Notes: a model not told the origin generated them from the letters alone. A DNA stretch of 63,794 nt, filler included, from Octopus bimaculoides (GCF_001194135.2; 5 parts of 4 records of this genome joined end to end with filler, not necessarily neighbours in it); one strand, 5' to 3'; positions 1 through 13,246 are shown, counted from the first letter of the whole stretch. Translations and numbers: made by a program.

Positions 1-43
1 ATATATATATATATATATACATAACACACACACACACTTATGT

Positions 44-86
<43 letters not shown>

Positions 87-256
87 ATATATATATATAT
101 ACACATAACACACACACACATATATGTGTGTGTGTGTGTTCGTGTGTGTGTGTGTGGTGTGTCTGCGTTTGTGCGTGTGTGTGTGTATATATGTATGTAT
201 ATACATATATATATATACATATATATACACACTCACACAAATGGATATATAGCTTG

Positions 257-290
<34 letters not shown>

Positions 291-340
291 GGGAGGGAGA
301 GGGAGAGAGAAAGGAAGAGAGAGAGAGGGAGGGAGAGAGA
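1..340. repeat. Compound (AT)n/(AC)n/(GT)n/(AG)n microsatellite
   Basis: Dinucleotide runs are directly visible. Confidence 0.95.
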
Positions 341-996
341 TATGCGTATTTACATGCATATATTTTGGCGCAAATATTCACATTTCCTTGCGAACACACA
401 TGCACACATGTACACATCCTATATAAAAATAAGTGATACTCTCTCATTGTCAGGAATTATATGGCAATCAAAAAGCTTATTGATGTTGTTGGCATCAATA
501 GTCGGGTTCTATAAAGCAATAAGACGCAACGAATATTTACCCCCATCTGGACACACGTCTAAGCACATCCTCAGAAGCAACTCTAGCGCATCCTTCCCTC
601 TCCCGCCTACTCGTCTTCTCGCCTTTTCGCCTTCTCGCCTTCTCTAGCGAAGTTTTTACTACGTACAACGTCATCAGGCAAGATTGAAACGCACTCGGCT
701 GTGTCATCACCAATCCGAGTCAACTGACCTGAAAAAGGTGGCGCTCTTGTCACCAGTGAAAAAAAAAAATAATAAACTGGAAAGTGGGATAAAAATAACA
801 TCCCTTTTCCTCTTCGTCTCAAGCAACAAAATAAGAGATCCATAAAAAGTGGTGGTGGCGGGGAATGACAAAGAAACAAAAGAAAAACATATAAAGAACA
901 ATAAATAAACTCAAATATATAAACAAGTGTTATAATAACCATAATAGACTGTCGTTCTTCAACCACACGTACAAGCATACATACACACACATATAG

Positions 997-1179
997 TCAT
1001 GCATACATACAAACATACGTACATACGTACGTATACAAACATATACATAGGCATGCATACATACGTAATGCATTACATCGATTACATAAATACACAGCTA
1101 ATATATGTGCGTATATACATATATTTATATATGTATATATGTATGTATACACGCACACACACATACATACATACACACA

Positions 1180-1255
<76 letters not shown>

Positions 1256-1345
1256 TATATACATACATACATATTTACATACACACATATATACATATAC
1301 ATGTGTGTGCGTGTGTATATATATACATATACATATATACATATG

Positions 1346-1442
<97 letters not shown>

Positions 1443-1620
1443 GAATTACATAAATACACACATATATATATTATATTATATTTTATATATATGCGTATGT
1501 GTATCACATATCACATATTATATATGTGTATATGTGTGTGTTTGTGCATGTTTAGATGTGTGCTTGTGCAAGTGTGCCTGTTTGTTTGTGTGTGTGTGTA
1601 TGTGTGTGTGTGTGTGTGTG
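997..1620. repeat. Compound (CATA)n/(AT)n/(GT)n microsatellite
   Basis: Runs are directly visible; they explain the IYIY/HTHT ORFs. Confidence 0.95.
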
Positions 1621-1796
1621 TTAGTGTGTTTTGTTTTCATCTCGACCCGACAGATGTCATTACAATCTATCAATGTACATTTGTTACAACTATGTTCCGT
1701 TGATCTTCAGGAAACTAGTTAAACTAATGGAGTGTGCTACGGGAAATGACCTTCGTAAGAGTACACACATGCAGATATTATACTTACATACATATG

Positions 1797-1869
<73 letters not shown>

Positions 1870-2038
1870 ACGCAGACGTACAAGCTCATGCACACACATA
1901 CACACACACATCTCTCTTTTGCCTGTCATTATATACGTGTATACTCCTGTGCATGCGTATGTGTGAATGTGTGTGTCTGTGTGCGTGCGCGCACATAGAC
2001 ATACACATGCACGTAGGTGACTGCGTGTTTATAATATG

Positions 2039-2085
<47 letters not shown>

Positions 2086-2089
<4 letters not shown>

Positions 2090-2252
2090 TGCACCGGGCG
2101 ATGCGTTGTGTTCTTGAGCAAAACACTACATTTCACGTTGCTCCAGTCCACTCAGCTGGCAAAAATGAGTAACGCTGCAATGGACTTGCGTCCCGTCCAG
2201 CTGGGTAATACATACGCCATAGAAACCGGGAAACCGGGCCCATGAGCCTGGC
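2086..2252 (+). mobile_element. SINE family C, 5'-truncated, runs into a gap
   Basis: Shares 'gttcttgagcaa...ctccagtccactcagctgg' with the minus-strand copy at 7.2-7.4 kb; its 3' part matches 34140-34235. Confidence 0.75.
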
Positions 2253-2739
2253 NNNNNNNNNNNNNNNNNNNNNNNNNNNNNNNNNNNNNNNNNNNNNNNN
2301 NNNNNNNNNNNNNNNNNNNNNNNNNNNNNNNNNNNNNNNNNNNNNNNNNNNNNNNNNNNNNNNNNNNNNNNNNNNNNNNNNNNNNNNNNNNNNNNNNNNN
2401 NNNNNNNNNNNNNNNNNNNNNNNNNNNNNNNNNNNNNNNNNNNNNNNNNNNNNNNNNNNNNNNNNNNNNNNNNNNNNNNNNNNNNNNNNNNNNNNNNNNN
2501 NNNNNNNNNNNNNNNNNNNNNNNNNNNNNNNNNNNNNNNNNNNNNNNNNNNNNNNNNNNNNNNNNNNNNNNNNNNNNNNNNNNNNNNNNNNNNNNNNNNN
2601 NNNNNNNNNNNNNNNNNNNNNNNNNNNNNNNNNNNNNNNNNNNNNNNNNNNNNNNNNNNNNNNNNNNNNNNNNNNNNNNNNNNNNNNNNNNNNNNNNNNN
2701 NNNNNNNNNNNNNNNNNNNNNNNNNNNNNNNNNNNNNNN

Positions 2740-2766
<27 letters not shown>

Positions 2767-2774
<8 letters not shown>

Positions 2775-3635
2775 TTATACGATCACCTCACATACAGAAA
2801 CCACGCTACTATTAGTTTCACGCACATGGAAACCCAAATACGTTCTTCAGGCGTGGACTATTCTATCGAACTAAGCAATTTAAATAATGGACTGAATATA
2901 AAACGGCGCGAAAAATACCCGAACAACCAAATGCTTCGTGTAGAAGATACCACTAAAGCCAACTACGAATATAAAGGGACGTTAAGTAAAAAGCGGAAAC
3001 CTTAAAAGTAGAACCAAACGAATGATGTAAGTAATGTGGATGGATGTAATATAAGAATATAGTCGTGCAATATAATATAAAATATGATAAAAAGTAATAA
3101 AAATAAATTATGAAATATAAGAATATAAGAAATGATACAAAAAATTGAAAGGGGTATGTACAAATATGAAATATACAAAAAGATATGAAATTTATGAAAA
3201 AGAATATATACACAAAATATGGAAAAATATATGAAAAATTATGAAAAATATAATAAATGAATATCAAAAAATATAAAAATATATGAATATCAAATATAAA
3301 TAATAAACCTGAATATAAAATATAAATATAAAGTGACACAATGAAAGTAGAAAAAACATAAGCGTCGCTACCAGGCGACAAAAGATGAAATAAATTGATG
3401 TCCAGTCAATCAAGAATGGGTGGAATCTTCCAGTCTTTTAAGAGATATTTATGCATATGCTTGCATCCGCTGAAAATTTCTCTGAAAATTTCGCGCCGTT
3501 TTATATTCAGTCCATTATTCAAACTGCTTAGTTCGGTAGAAAAGTCCGAGCCTGAAGAGCATACTTGGGTTTCCATGTACGTGAAACTATTAGTAGCGTG
3601 GTTTATGCATGTGAGGTGATAGTATAGAACAATAT
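2767..3635. mobile_element. MITE/foldback element with ~147 bp terminal inverted repeats
   Basis: 2767-2913 is the reverse complement of 3489-3635 with scattered substitutions; the interior is very AT-rich and non-coding. The left flank is (TA)n plus a gap, so no TSD can be read. Confidence 0.8.
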
Positions 3636-3919
3636 TTTTACTCTCGCCAGATGGAGTACTCTTTTTGTTGAACCTTATTACGCGGATCAATTCATTATAT
3701 NNNNNNNNNNNNNNNNNNNNNNNNNNNNNNNNNNNNNNNNNNNNNNNNNNNNNNNNNNNNNNNNNNNNNNNNNNNNNNNNNNNNNNNNNNNNNNNNNNNN
3801 NNNNNNNNNNNNNNNNNNNNNNNNNNNNNNNNNNNNNNNNNNNNNNNNNNNNNNNNNNNNNNNNNNNNNNNNNNNNNNNNNNNNNNNNNNNNNATATATA
3901 AACATACATATAGATGTGT

Positions 3920-3977
<58 letters not shown>

Positions 3978-3989
3978 GAATACATATAT

Positions 3990-4590
3990 AATTACATACA
4001 TACGAGCAGCAGTATGCAGAAACATGAGAGGTGGAGCAGTGAACATCACAGAAACTCCTTCACGAGAAGATATAAACTCCTTTTGGAGGAAAATCTGGAG
4101 TCAAGAGGAGTTTAACCAAAATGTTCTGTAGCTGGAAGAAATCCGAAGAAGTTATTGCTCTTGCGTTACACCCAAGACATACAGCATTCATGGTGAAACT
4201 CTTGCAACTGTGATCTAGAAACTCCAGGATAGAAAAGCACCTGGAAGAGACTTAATTGTTGGATATCGGTACAAGAAGCTAACCTTCTACCGACCATATT
4301 TTATCAATCTCTCAATGGGAACAGTAGCATATTACACTGGTTAGCTCTGGCAGAGACAAAATTGATCCCCCAAATGCAGAACTACCCATATAACAAAATC
4401 AATGGACCAAATGCATGCCAGAACTTGATATATAAGATATATATATATAGCATGATTAAACCTCTTCCTCCAGAACCATTGTGAAACCAATAACATCATC
4501 ACAGCAGTACAAACAGCTGGGAAGAAGGGAGTCTGGGGATGCGCCGAGCAATTGTCATCAACAAAACTATGATGACAGAGGTGCGAGAGC
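3990..4590 (+). pseudogene. Degenerate R4/Dong-clade non-LTR reverse transcriptase fragment
   Basis: Manual translation across stops and frameshifts: FWRKIWS, KAPGRDLIVGYRYKKL, WLALAETKLIP, QTAGKKGVWGCAEQL-INKTM. These match the order of R4-type motifs (KAPGxD, WLxxGRTxLIPK, GCxEQLLINK). Confidence 0.6.
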
Positions 4591-4825
4591 ATAGGAGGAA
4601 CCTAGTTTCAATGCGACTAGACTACAAAGAAATTATTTGCAGATGCTGAAGTTTAACTTTCACAGAAGGGAAGATGGGGTTGCAAAAAACTTTGTACTCC
4701 TTTAACAAATGCCTTTCAGATTTACCGGATTAAAACAACAACAATGACGACGAAAACAACAACAGTAGCAACAACAAAAGAAAAATGTTGTCCCTCGTTC
4801 TATCAGCCTCAGTCGTCAAGTGACC

Positions 4826-5051
4826 TTAAACCTTTAGCATTTAATCCGGTCATATCCGGCCAAAATATTCTACCTGTTTTATCTTCAAATCAGCCAGATC
4901 TGACCCCTCACACCTATCCTACAATGTCATTTTAAATATAAACAATCACACCATTGAAATCTTGAAGCTACAAGATAATGCAAGATTAATTCAAAACAAT
5001 GCGAATAAAGAAGCATTATTTGACATAATAGTCTGAATGCTAAACGGTTAA
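4826..5051. mobile_element. piggyBac-like MITE (TTAA-flanked)
   Basis: TTAA at 4826-4829 and 5048-5051, with termini 'ttaaacctttagcatt' and 'aatgctaaacggttaa' forming an imperfect inverted repeat. Confidence 0.65.
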
Positions 5052-5758
5052 TCAAATAAGATATATTGCTTATCCCCTAGACTTGCCAATGTAAAAAAAA
5101 TATCGCCAGAGGAAACTATATATTCTTGGATAAAGATGAGCTCCATCAGGTTTAGATCCTGAAAGACGAAGTGTTTATCATGATGGCGTCCCTACGATTC
5201 TGTCATGAGCTGAGGATCCAACACCAAAGACAAGGATATTGTCAATTTAATCAGCCCTCAATATTTTACGAGTATTTATTTTATTGACCTCAAAATCATG
5301 CAAGGTATTGCTTTTAAAGCAATAGAATATATGGCTAATCAATGAGATCAGCTTCAGATTCTAATCATTACAGCCCTCGTTTGTAATGATTTCTTCATCT
5401 GTAATTGTTTAATACAGTAACAACAACCTAAGTTCAAGCGCGTAGATGTATGTATGTATGTATGTATGTATGTATGTATGTATGTATGTATGTATGTATG
5501 TATGCATGTATGTATGTATGTCTGCATAAGCGTATACACATGCACACATATACGTACATGCGTACACACACATCAAATATAATTATAAATATACTTATGG
5601 ACATACATACACACACAAACGCGTGTATACATGTCTTTGTGAGTATGTATAAACATATACATTACGAAATAGACTAACGCAAATATACACGAGTACACAG
5701 ATATGTGCACATATGCGCACGTATGTGTATGTATAATGTAAATATAAGCTTGTGTATG

Positions 5759-5802
<44 letters not shown>

Positions 5803-6779
5803 ATGTGTATATATGAACATATATACATAAAATATACATATATTTACGCATACATATGTATGTGTAAACACGCACACACACACAAACACACACCTTTACA
5901 TATAAACTATTGGCCCGATTACGAATGGCACCTCGTTAAGTAGTTGGCTCTGTTCAAAGTAATTTCACTGGGATTGTAATTAATTTAGCAAAGTGATTTC
6001 ATTTTATCTCGGAAAAATAACAAAACAAAACACTTAAAACAACAAAGACACGCCAAGTAATCAAATAAATAAATTCAATCATAGAAATAAGAAATAAATT
6101 TCTACTTTGATTTAAATGTTATTTTATTCTAATTCTTTTTGATTTTATTGTTTTCTTTTTTTAAATATTAGAAATTTTCGTTTTCGTTTCGTTCATATAT
6201 TTGTAATTTTCATTTTGTATATTGTTTGTATGTTTTCTTTGCTTCTGTTTTCGTTCTTTCTTTCGTTCTTTCTCTTTTTCTTCTTTTTCAGCTCCTTTTC
6301 CTACCTCCTCCCCGTACTTCTTCTTCTCCTGCTCCTCCAATTCTCATCTTTCTTGTTCATCCTCATTTACTTCTTCCTTCATACTCATCTCGTCTCCTCC
6401 TACGCATCTCCTCCTCCCCCGATTCATATCACCCTCATTCCCTAATTCATATACTACTCCGCCACCTTCTCTCTCTCTCTCTCCCTCTCTCTCTCATTTA
6501 AGAAAAATGTTTTTATTTTTACTTTTTTCTTCTTTGTCTTTTTTTTGTTTTGTTTTACACTCTTCAGATTGTTGATTAGCGGTTTCCTGTTCATTGTGGA
6601 CTGTTCTTAAAACAAACATAATAAATAAACAAATAGACAAACAAACAGACAGACAGGCATAGAATACGTAGTGAAATTGTAATAGCATAGTGTTACTATG
6701 CTATGTAGATAAAGTAGGTGAAGTAATGAAATAGGAGGCGAGTGCTGAAAAGGAAAAAAAGATGGTAGCTTGTTTTAAA

Positions 6780-6860
6780 TGAAAGAAGAAGATGATGATG
6801 ATGATGAAGAAGAAGAAGAAGAAGAAGAAGAAGAAGAAGAAGAAGAAGAAGAAGAAGAAG

Positions 6861-6890
<30 letters not shown>
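6780..6890. repeat. (GAT)n(GAA)n microsatellite
   Basis: Runs are directly visible. Confidence 0.95.
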
Positions 6891-6891
<1 letters not shown>

Positions 6892-6954
6892 GATTTGTGA
6901 TTATAGAAGTTGATGACGAAGGAGAAAAGAAAAAGAAGAAATACATTATTGGAC

Positions 6955-7110
6955 TAGCTTGAAAGAATGGCGGACAGGTGGGTTCCTTTTAGGCCAAGCC
7001 CACATCGACTTTTTCAAGTCCGACTTCGAAAGAAAAATGAAGGTGGAGGAAATGAAGGAAGTGTTCTCCCCAGTGATTTTGTTGAAGAGGAGAGGCTCTC
7101 CTGTATCAGG
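6955..7110 (+). pseudogene. Tx1/L1-type LINE ORF2 3' remnant
   Basis: Translates GQAHIDFFKSDFERKMKVE, similar to the C-terminal part of the minus-strand fragment at 8.9-9.7 kb ('ttgactttatcagg...gaaaagaagatggagg'). Confidence 0.4.
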
Positions 7111-7194
7111 ACTGCATCATCCTATGTGTACTTTTTATTTCATCTCGTCCTCCACCTTCCCTTTGGTCATCTTTTTATGTATGGTTTAGTACAT

Positions 7195-7418
7195 ATTAGT
7201 CCGTAAGGAGCATAAGGCCGTTTTCCCGATTCTCTGGCGTATATATTCCTCTTTAGGTGGAACGCCGGCTCGTGGCAGAATTACATTTTTACCAGCTGAG
7301 TGGACTGGAGCGACATGAAATGAAGTGTCTTGCTCAAGAACACAATGCATCACCCGGTCCAGGAACCGAAATCACGATCTTATGATCATGAACCCAACAC
7401 CATAACCACTAAGCCAAA
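7195..7418 (-). mobile_element. tRNA-derived SINE family C, near full length
   Basis: Minus strand starts 'tggcttagtggttatggtgttggg...atttcggttcctggaccggg' (A-box- and B-box-like), followed by the same body as 2086-2252. Confidence 0.8.
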
Positions 7419-7704
7419 CCCCACACAAATTTTAAACAATCCCTGTAATGATTATTCGGACTGCTTTTTAATTAGAAAATTCCAACAGCAGCTAAGATAG
7501 CGTAACTTAGAATATCACTCTGTGCTAGCAAATCTTATCGTCATTTTAGAAACCCAACTCACAGCTTCAGACTTAAGAGCCCTTGAAGTCACTTTTCACA
7601 ATACAGCAACTGATTGCTCGGAGTAGTTAACCAAAGTTCTTTATAGTTATATATGACCACTCAGTAAAGACGGCTTGTGTCACTGTATGCGACGGACATT
7701 TACC

Positions 7705-7960
7705 AAAGAACATAGGACATACTTTACAATGACACAAAATGCTGTCAAACTTGTCTTGATATTGGTTTAAAAAATTTCTTCAGAATCTCACCAAAAGACA
7801 TACTTTATTAAGGCTTAAGACGCTGCCAAGCCTACCTTAACAGTCGTTTAAAAAATTCTTCGGAATCTCACCAAAAAAAAAAAATTACTTTGAGGCGCAA
7901 GACACTGTCAGGCCTGTCCTAACATGCGTTTTATAAATTCTTCTGAATCTCACTCAAAAA
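7705..7960. repeat. Degenerate ~81 bp tandem repeat, about 3 units
   Basis: 'cttc(a/g/t)gaatctcac' recurs at 7778, 7858 and 7940; 'ctg(t/c)ca...c(c/t)t(a/g)a' recurs at about 7742, 7823 and 7905. Confidence 0.75.
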
Positions 7961-8439
7961 CTCAGTAATGTCTATCACATTAATCAAAATAAACGGGAGG
8001 AGTGAAGCTAGAGATGTCTCTCTGGTGAATGGCAATTCGTCATGGCTGACAAAATGCTCTCAGTAGTTTTGTTATTAAAATGTGACAAACGGATGAAAGC
8101 AAAAACACANNNNNNNNNNNNNNNNNNNNNNNNNNNNNNNNNNNNNNNNNNNNNNNNNNNNNNNNNNNNNNNNNNNNNNNNNNNNNNNNNNNNNNNNNNN
8201 NNNNNNNNNNNNNNNNNNNNNNNNNNNNNNNNNATTGGCACATGGTCACAAACCCGTTGAAATGATGAAGTATAGACGGCAACTGAATGGCGGTTTCTTT
8301 ATAGACGCAGGAGAGGTGAAAAGTAAAGTCGTTCCCTGCGAAATTTTAATGTGGAACGCTCAGGGATTTTACTAAATATTACCAAGCATTCACCTCGTCT
8401 CTCTATCGTTTCTGTCTCCCCTCAACTCTTAGGAGCAGA

Positions 8440-8645
8440 TAATAATAATAATACTTTCTTCTATAGGCACAAGGCCTGAAATTTTTGGGGAGGGGACTAG
8501 TTGATTACATCGACCCCAGTGTTTCACTGATAATTTATTGACCCCGAAGAGATGAAAGGCAAAGTCGACCTCGGTGGAATCTGAACTCAGAACGTCAAGA
8601 CAGACGAAATACCGCTAAGCATTTCGCCCTACGTGCAAACTTGCC
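8440..8645 (-). mobile_element. tRNA-derived SINE family A (core 'gactttgcctttcatc...gggtcgataaa', (ATT)n tail)
   Basis: The same core recurs at about 10160, 35050, 40655, 41543, 41942, 45923, 53280, 54105, 55315 and 57560. The core resembles the Meta/MESC SINE domain (from memory, unverified). Confidence 0.8.
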
Positions 8646-8944
8646 TTTATAATGATGATGATGATGATGATAATAATAATAATAATAATAGTGCTGCTGC
8701 TGATTATGCTGATGATTTCTTTATTATCAATCGGGGCTGAAAGGATGTAAAGAGAATACAAATAGCAAAATACAAAACATAGCGAGTAAGTTGCATGTGA
8801 AGGGGAAAGAGTGATAAAAACAAGCAATAGCAAAATTCCCTCAAATTCAATCCTTCAAAAGGAGAGATAAACGCTGAAGGCCAATCAAAGTAACTCCACA
8901 AATTCGTGATGATCTTGTCTATCAAAAGTGCTTTCATTCACATT

Positions 8945-9680
8945 TCGTTTCCGGTCTACAAATGCATAGTGAGAGTAGATCCGTCCTCATGTGCCATATT
9001 CGTTACATGTACCATATTCGCTACCCAGCTTTCAAAGAATTTACTGGGAGGTACCATCACCTTCGCTACCTCCATCTTCTTTTCCAAGGGAAACCTGATA
9101 AAGTCAATGAAGGCTTAGCTGAAGAGGAAAGTGTCTGTCTTTTGTCCTTTCAGTCTCGTCCACTACATACCCTCAGACAGAGGAAAGTGTTTATTCTTCT
9201 CAGCCATATCAAGGCAGTAGAGTATCCTTCTCTCTAGACTCGGCTGATAGACGAATCCTTCTCCCTTGCAACAACAACTGTTCGACAAACCCACATAAGT
9301 CAGAAATGCTCGGAAGCTCAACAAGTGTGTACGAAACAGTTTCTTCGCTCTGTGCACATCTCGGAACAGACTAGTTTGATGTTATTCAGTACCCGTACAG
9401 AGTTTGTTTTGGACTAGCAATACATCACCCCATAGGCACTGTCAAGCCAGGAATTTATAAAATATATCCATAGAGTCCGGGATGAAAGTTATCTCTAACA
9501 GACTTTTTAAATGACCTTCGTCGACGCCTAGAATTACCACGAAGACATCAATAACGATTTCAAATTTCGATACAAGGCCAGTAATTTTGATGAGTGGGAT
9601 TAATCGATAGCATCCACCCCAGTTCTTGAGTGATAAAAATGAAGTACTAGTCAAATAATGGGATGGATGGCATTAAAAAA
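8945..9680 (-). pseudogene. Tx1/L1-type LINE ORF2 3' fragment (zinc-knuckle region)
   Basis: Minus-strand translation with frameshifts gives PRCAQSEETVSYTLVELPSISDLCGFVEQLL and then W-TRLKGQKTDTFL...IDFIRF...KKMEV. This fits the CxxC...ET..H...C C-terminal domain of L1/Tx1 elements. Confidence 0.6.
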
Positions 9681-9744
9681 TCCCTTCCCTTCAAAACTAC
9701 TGGTGTTGTACCTAAGTTGGAAACGAGAATATCAATAATGATAT

Positions 9745-10059
<315 letters not shown>

Positions 10060-10159
10060 TATACATACAACGGGTAGTCATGATGGGTATACTGGGCTTC
10101 GTATATTTTACCACAGTGTCACTTTGATGGCATGCACTGCTCTCTCACTCAATAATGAT

Positions 10160-10345
10160 AATAATAACAATAATAATAATCCTTTCTACTATAGGCACAA
10201 GGCCTGAAACTTCAAGGGAGTGGGATAGTCGATTACATCGACCCCAGTACTCTGCTGGTACTTGTTTTTTTGACCCCGAAAGGATGAAAGGTAAAATCGA
10301 CCTCGGTTTAATTTGAACTCGGAACGTATTTTAAGCACCATATTT
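10160..10345 (-). mobile_element. SINE family A
   Basis: (AAT)n tail plus 'ctataggcacaaggcctgaaa...gaccccgaaaggatgaaagg'. Confidence 0.8.
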
Positions 10346-11502
10346 GAGAGAGATTTGTCTGCTATTTCTAAGAAATCAAGCGTCCACATACAGCTTAGTT
10401 TATAAGCTCAGTTTACGATGTCTATACGTTTAGCGACAACACCGCACCAGATTTATGAGCAGTATGAAAGTAACACATTGCAAGATATAACACGACATTG
10501 CGTTTCAGTGCTCTCGATACCATCACTGTGCAGATGTGAAGTGGTTACACAACGAAATTAACAACAAGGAGAACGAAATTAACCTAAAATACCGCAAAAA
10601 TACGGAAGCTAAAGAAAGCAGTAAAACTACAATAAAACTGTTTATCAGTAACTAGGACGGATCTTAAGCATTTGAATCTAGTGTCAAATCCTACAACCGA
10701 AAGTGTTTTTTTACGACGTGTGGTTCGCCACAATGTGTAAAGTACTATTGTAGGTAATGTGTATGTATGTATATATGTGTGTATGTCTGTATGTGAAAGC
10801 GGGAATAGAGTTTGAGTCATCCATACATTAAGTCTAGTCCCTAAGTACCCCGCGCTCTCTTTCACTTTTCTCTTTTTCCCTTTTTCTCTTTTTTGTCTTT
10901 TCCTTTCGTTCTTTCATCCTTCTGTCTATTTCTCTTTTAAACTCTGTAAATCTTTTAATCTCTTTGTAAATCTTTTAATCACTTTTTCTTTTAATCTCAA
11001 TGTAAATTATTTCCCCAGTTTTTTTCTAATTTCTGTACTTTCTTTTCTTTTCAGTTCTTTGTTTGTTTGTTTGTTTGTTTCTTTCTTTCTTTCTTTCTTT
11101 CTTACCAGCAGCTTTCTTTTTCTCTCTTTTTCTCTTCCTTATTTTCTTCGCTTTCTTTTCTGTATACAACTCACGTTTCTTTCCTAGTTCCCTTTATCTA
11201 TCTCTTGTCTCTCTTGTGTTTCCCATTCTACTTTCACTTTCTCCTTTTATTCTTCTTTATTCCTTTCGTTGTTCATTCTCCCGCCTTTATTTCATCACAT
11301 TCCCTACTGACTTATTCACCACCCCTTTCTCTCCCTTTCCCTATCTGTCCCCCACTCTTTCTCAGCCTCTAATTCACTAACCTACTCCCTCCTTTCTCAT
11401 AGTCGCATCAGTGTTCTTAATACCTCGTATATTTTTTCTCGATATCTTTAGAAAATTTATGACTAAATTTACGACCGTTTGCTGTTTGTTTAAAAACAAT
11501 AG

Positions 11503-11557
11503 CTTCTTCTTCTTCTTCTTCTTCTTCTTCTTCTTCTTCTTCTTCTTCTTCTTCTTC

Positions 11558-11589
<32 letters not shown>

Positions 11590-11628
11590 TGGTTGTTGTT
11601 GCCGCCGCCGCTGCTGCTGCTGCTGCTG

Positions 11629-11718
<90 letters not shown>

Positions 11719-11795
11719 TTTCTTTCTTTTCGATAAATCGAGTCTTATAAACTGGGAGAAACCTCAATCATGATGATTGATGATAATTATAATGA

Positions 11796-11829
<34 letters not shown>

Positions 11830-11890
11830 GGTGGTGGTGGTGATGGTGATGATGATGATGACGACGACGACGACGACGACGATGGCGACG
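11503..11890. repeat. Compound trinucleotide array (CTT)(CTG)(TTG)(CCG)(CTG)(CTA), then (GAT)(GGT)(GAT)(GAC)
   Basis: Runs are directly visible. Confidence 0.95.
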
Positions 11891-12104
11891 ATGTTCCTCT
11901 TTCACTTCCTTTTCTTCCTTCTACCCTTCATCATCTTACCCTGCATTTTCTCTTCGTCTTCTTTCAACATGTCATGCTAGTCATTATCATATCGATATTA
12001 ATAACAGTCGTAGGACTAAAGCGGAATTTATATTTCTTCGGGCTGGGGGCGGGGGGCGGACAGATTGACAAAATCCATGTCTTGAAAGGCTTGGTATCTT
12101 GGTA

Positions 12105-12640
12105 GGAAAGCATCTAGGTATGCAGGTATCTAGGCCTGCAGACATTGAGGCGTTCGGACGTTGATATATGCAGGCACCGATGTATATAGAAAGCTAGGCA
12201 TGCTGGCATCTAGACATGGAAAAATATAGATATGGAGATTAATTAAGCATGTAGACGTCTTGTCATGCAGAAACCCATGAACGTTGGCATCAAAGTATGC
12301 AGAAATTTAGACAGAAATATTTAGACATGCATGCATCAAGGCATATAGGCACATATCTTGAAGACTTCTAGAGATTCAGACATCTAGTTATACAAGCATT
12401 TAAGTATGCAGGCATCTGGGCATATATATACCTATGCATGAGACATTCATACAAGTTTTTAGGCATGTAGGTATCGATGTACGCAGGCTTCGAGGCATGC
12501 ATTTTTGGATGCTTGTTGAAATCTAGTCATGTAGATATACAAGGGAGATAAGCATGCATACTTCTAGACATGCGGGCATCTAAGCATAAATGCAACTATT
12601 TGCAAACATCTAGGTATGCACAGAGATATGTATAGCGTGT
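12105..12640. repeat. Highly degenerate 8/16 bp minisatellite, consensus about GCATCTAGGCATGCAG
   Basis: Variants 'gcatctag', 'atgcag' and 'tagacatg' recur throughout. Confidence 0.55.
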
Positions 12641-12868
12641 AGATATATAGCAATACACTTTTCTGAGTAAGAGGACATCTACGCATCACAATATTTAGGC
12701 AAGTAGAAATTTAAGAATGAAAATATATAAGCACACATATATCTCGGCGTACTTCCAACGTTGTTATGCAGCAGTACGCAACAAAAGCATATGCAAGTAG
12801 ACAACATAATAAATGTAGACATTGCATTTAGAGCTGCCTGATCGAAATATACACAGATATATACACAT

Positions 12869-12934
<66 letters not shown>

Positions 12935-13246
12935 NNNNNNNNNNNNNNNNNNNNNNNNNNNNNNNNNNNNNNNNNNNNNNNNNNNNNNNNNNNNNNNNNN
13001 NNNNNNNNNNNNNNNNNNNNNNNNNNNNNNNNNNNNNNNNNNNNNNNNNNNNNNNNNNNNNNNNNNNNNNNNNNNNNNNNNNNNNNNNNNNNNNNNNNNN
13101 NNNNNNNNNNNNNNNNNNNNNNNNNNNNNNNNNNNNNNNNNNNNNNNNNNNNNNNNNNNNNNNNNNNNNNNNNNNNNNNNNNNNNNNNNNNNNNNNNNNN
13201 NNNNNNNNNNNNNNNNNNNNNNNNNNNNNNNNNNNNNNNNNNNNNN

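Noticed and set aside
997-1966. Long IY/HT/CV-repeat ORFs here and throughout the window
   Set aside because: Translations of dinucleotide and tetranucleotide microsatellites or of N runs.
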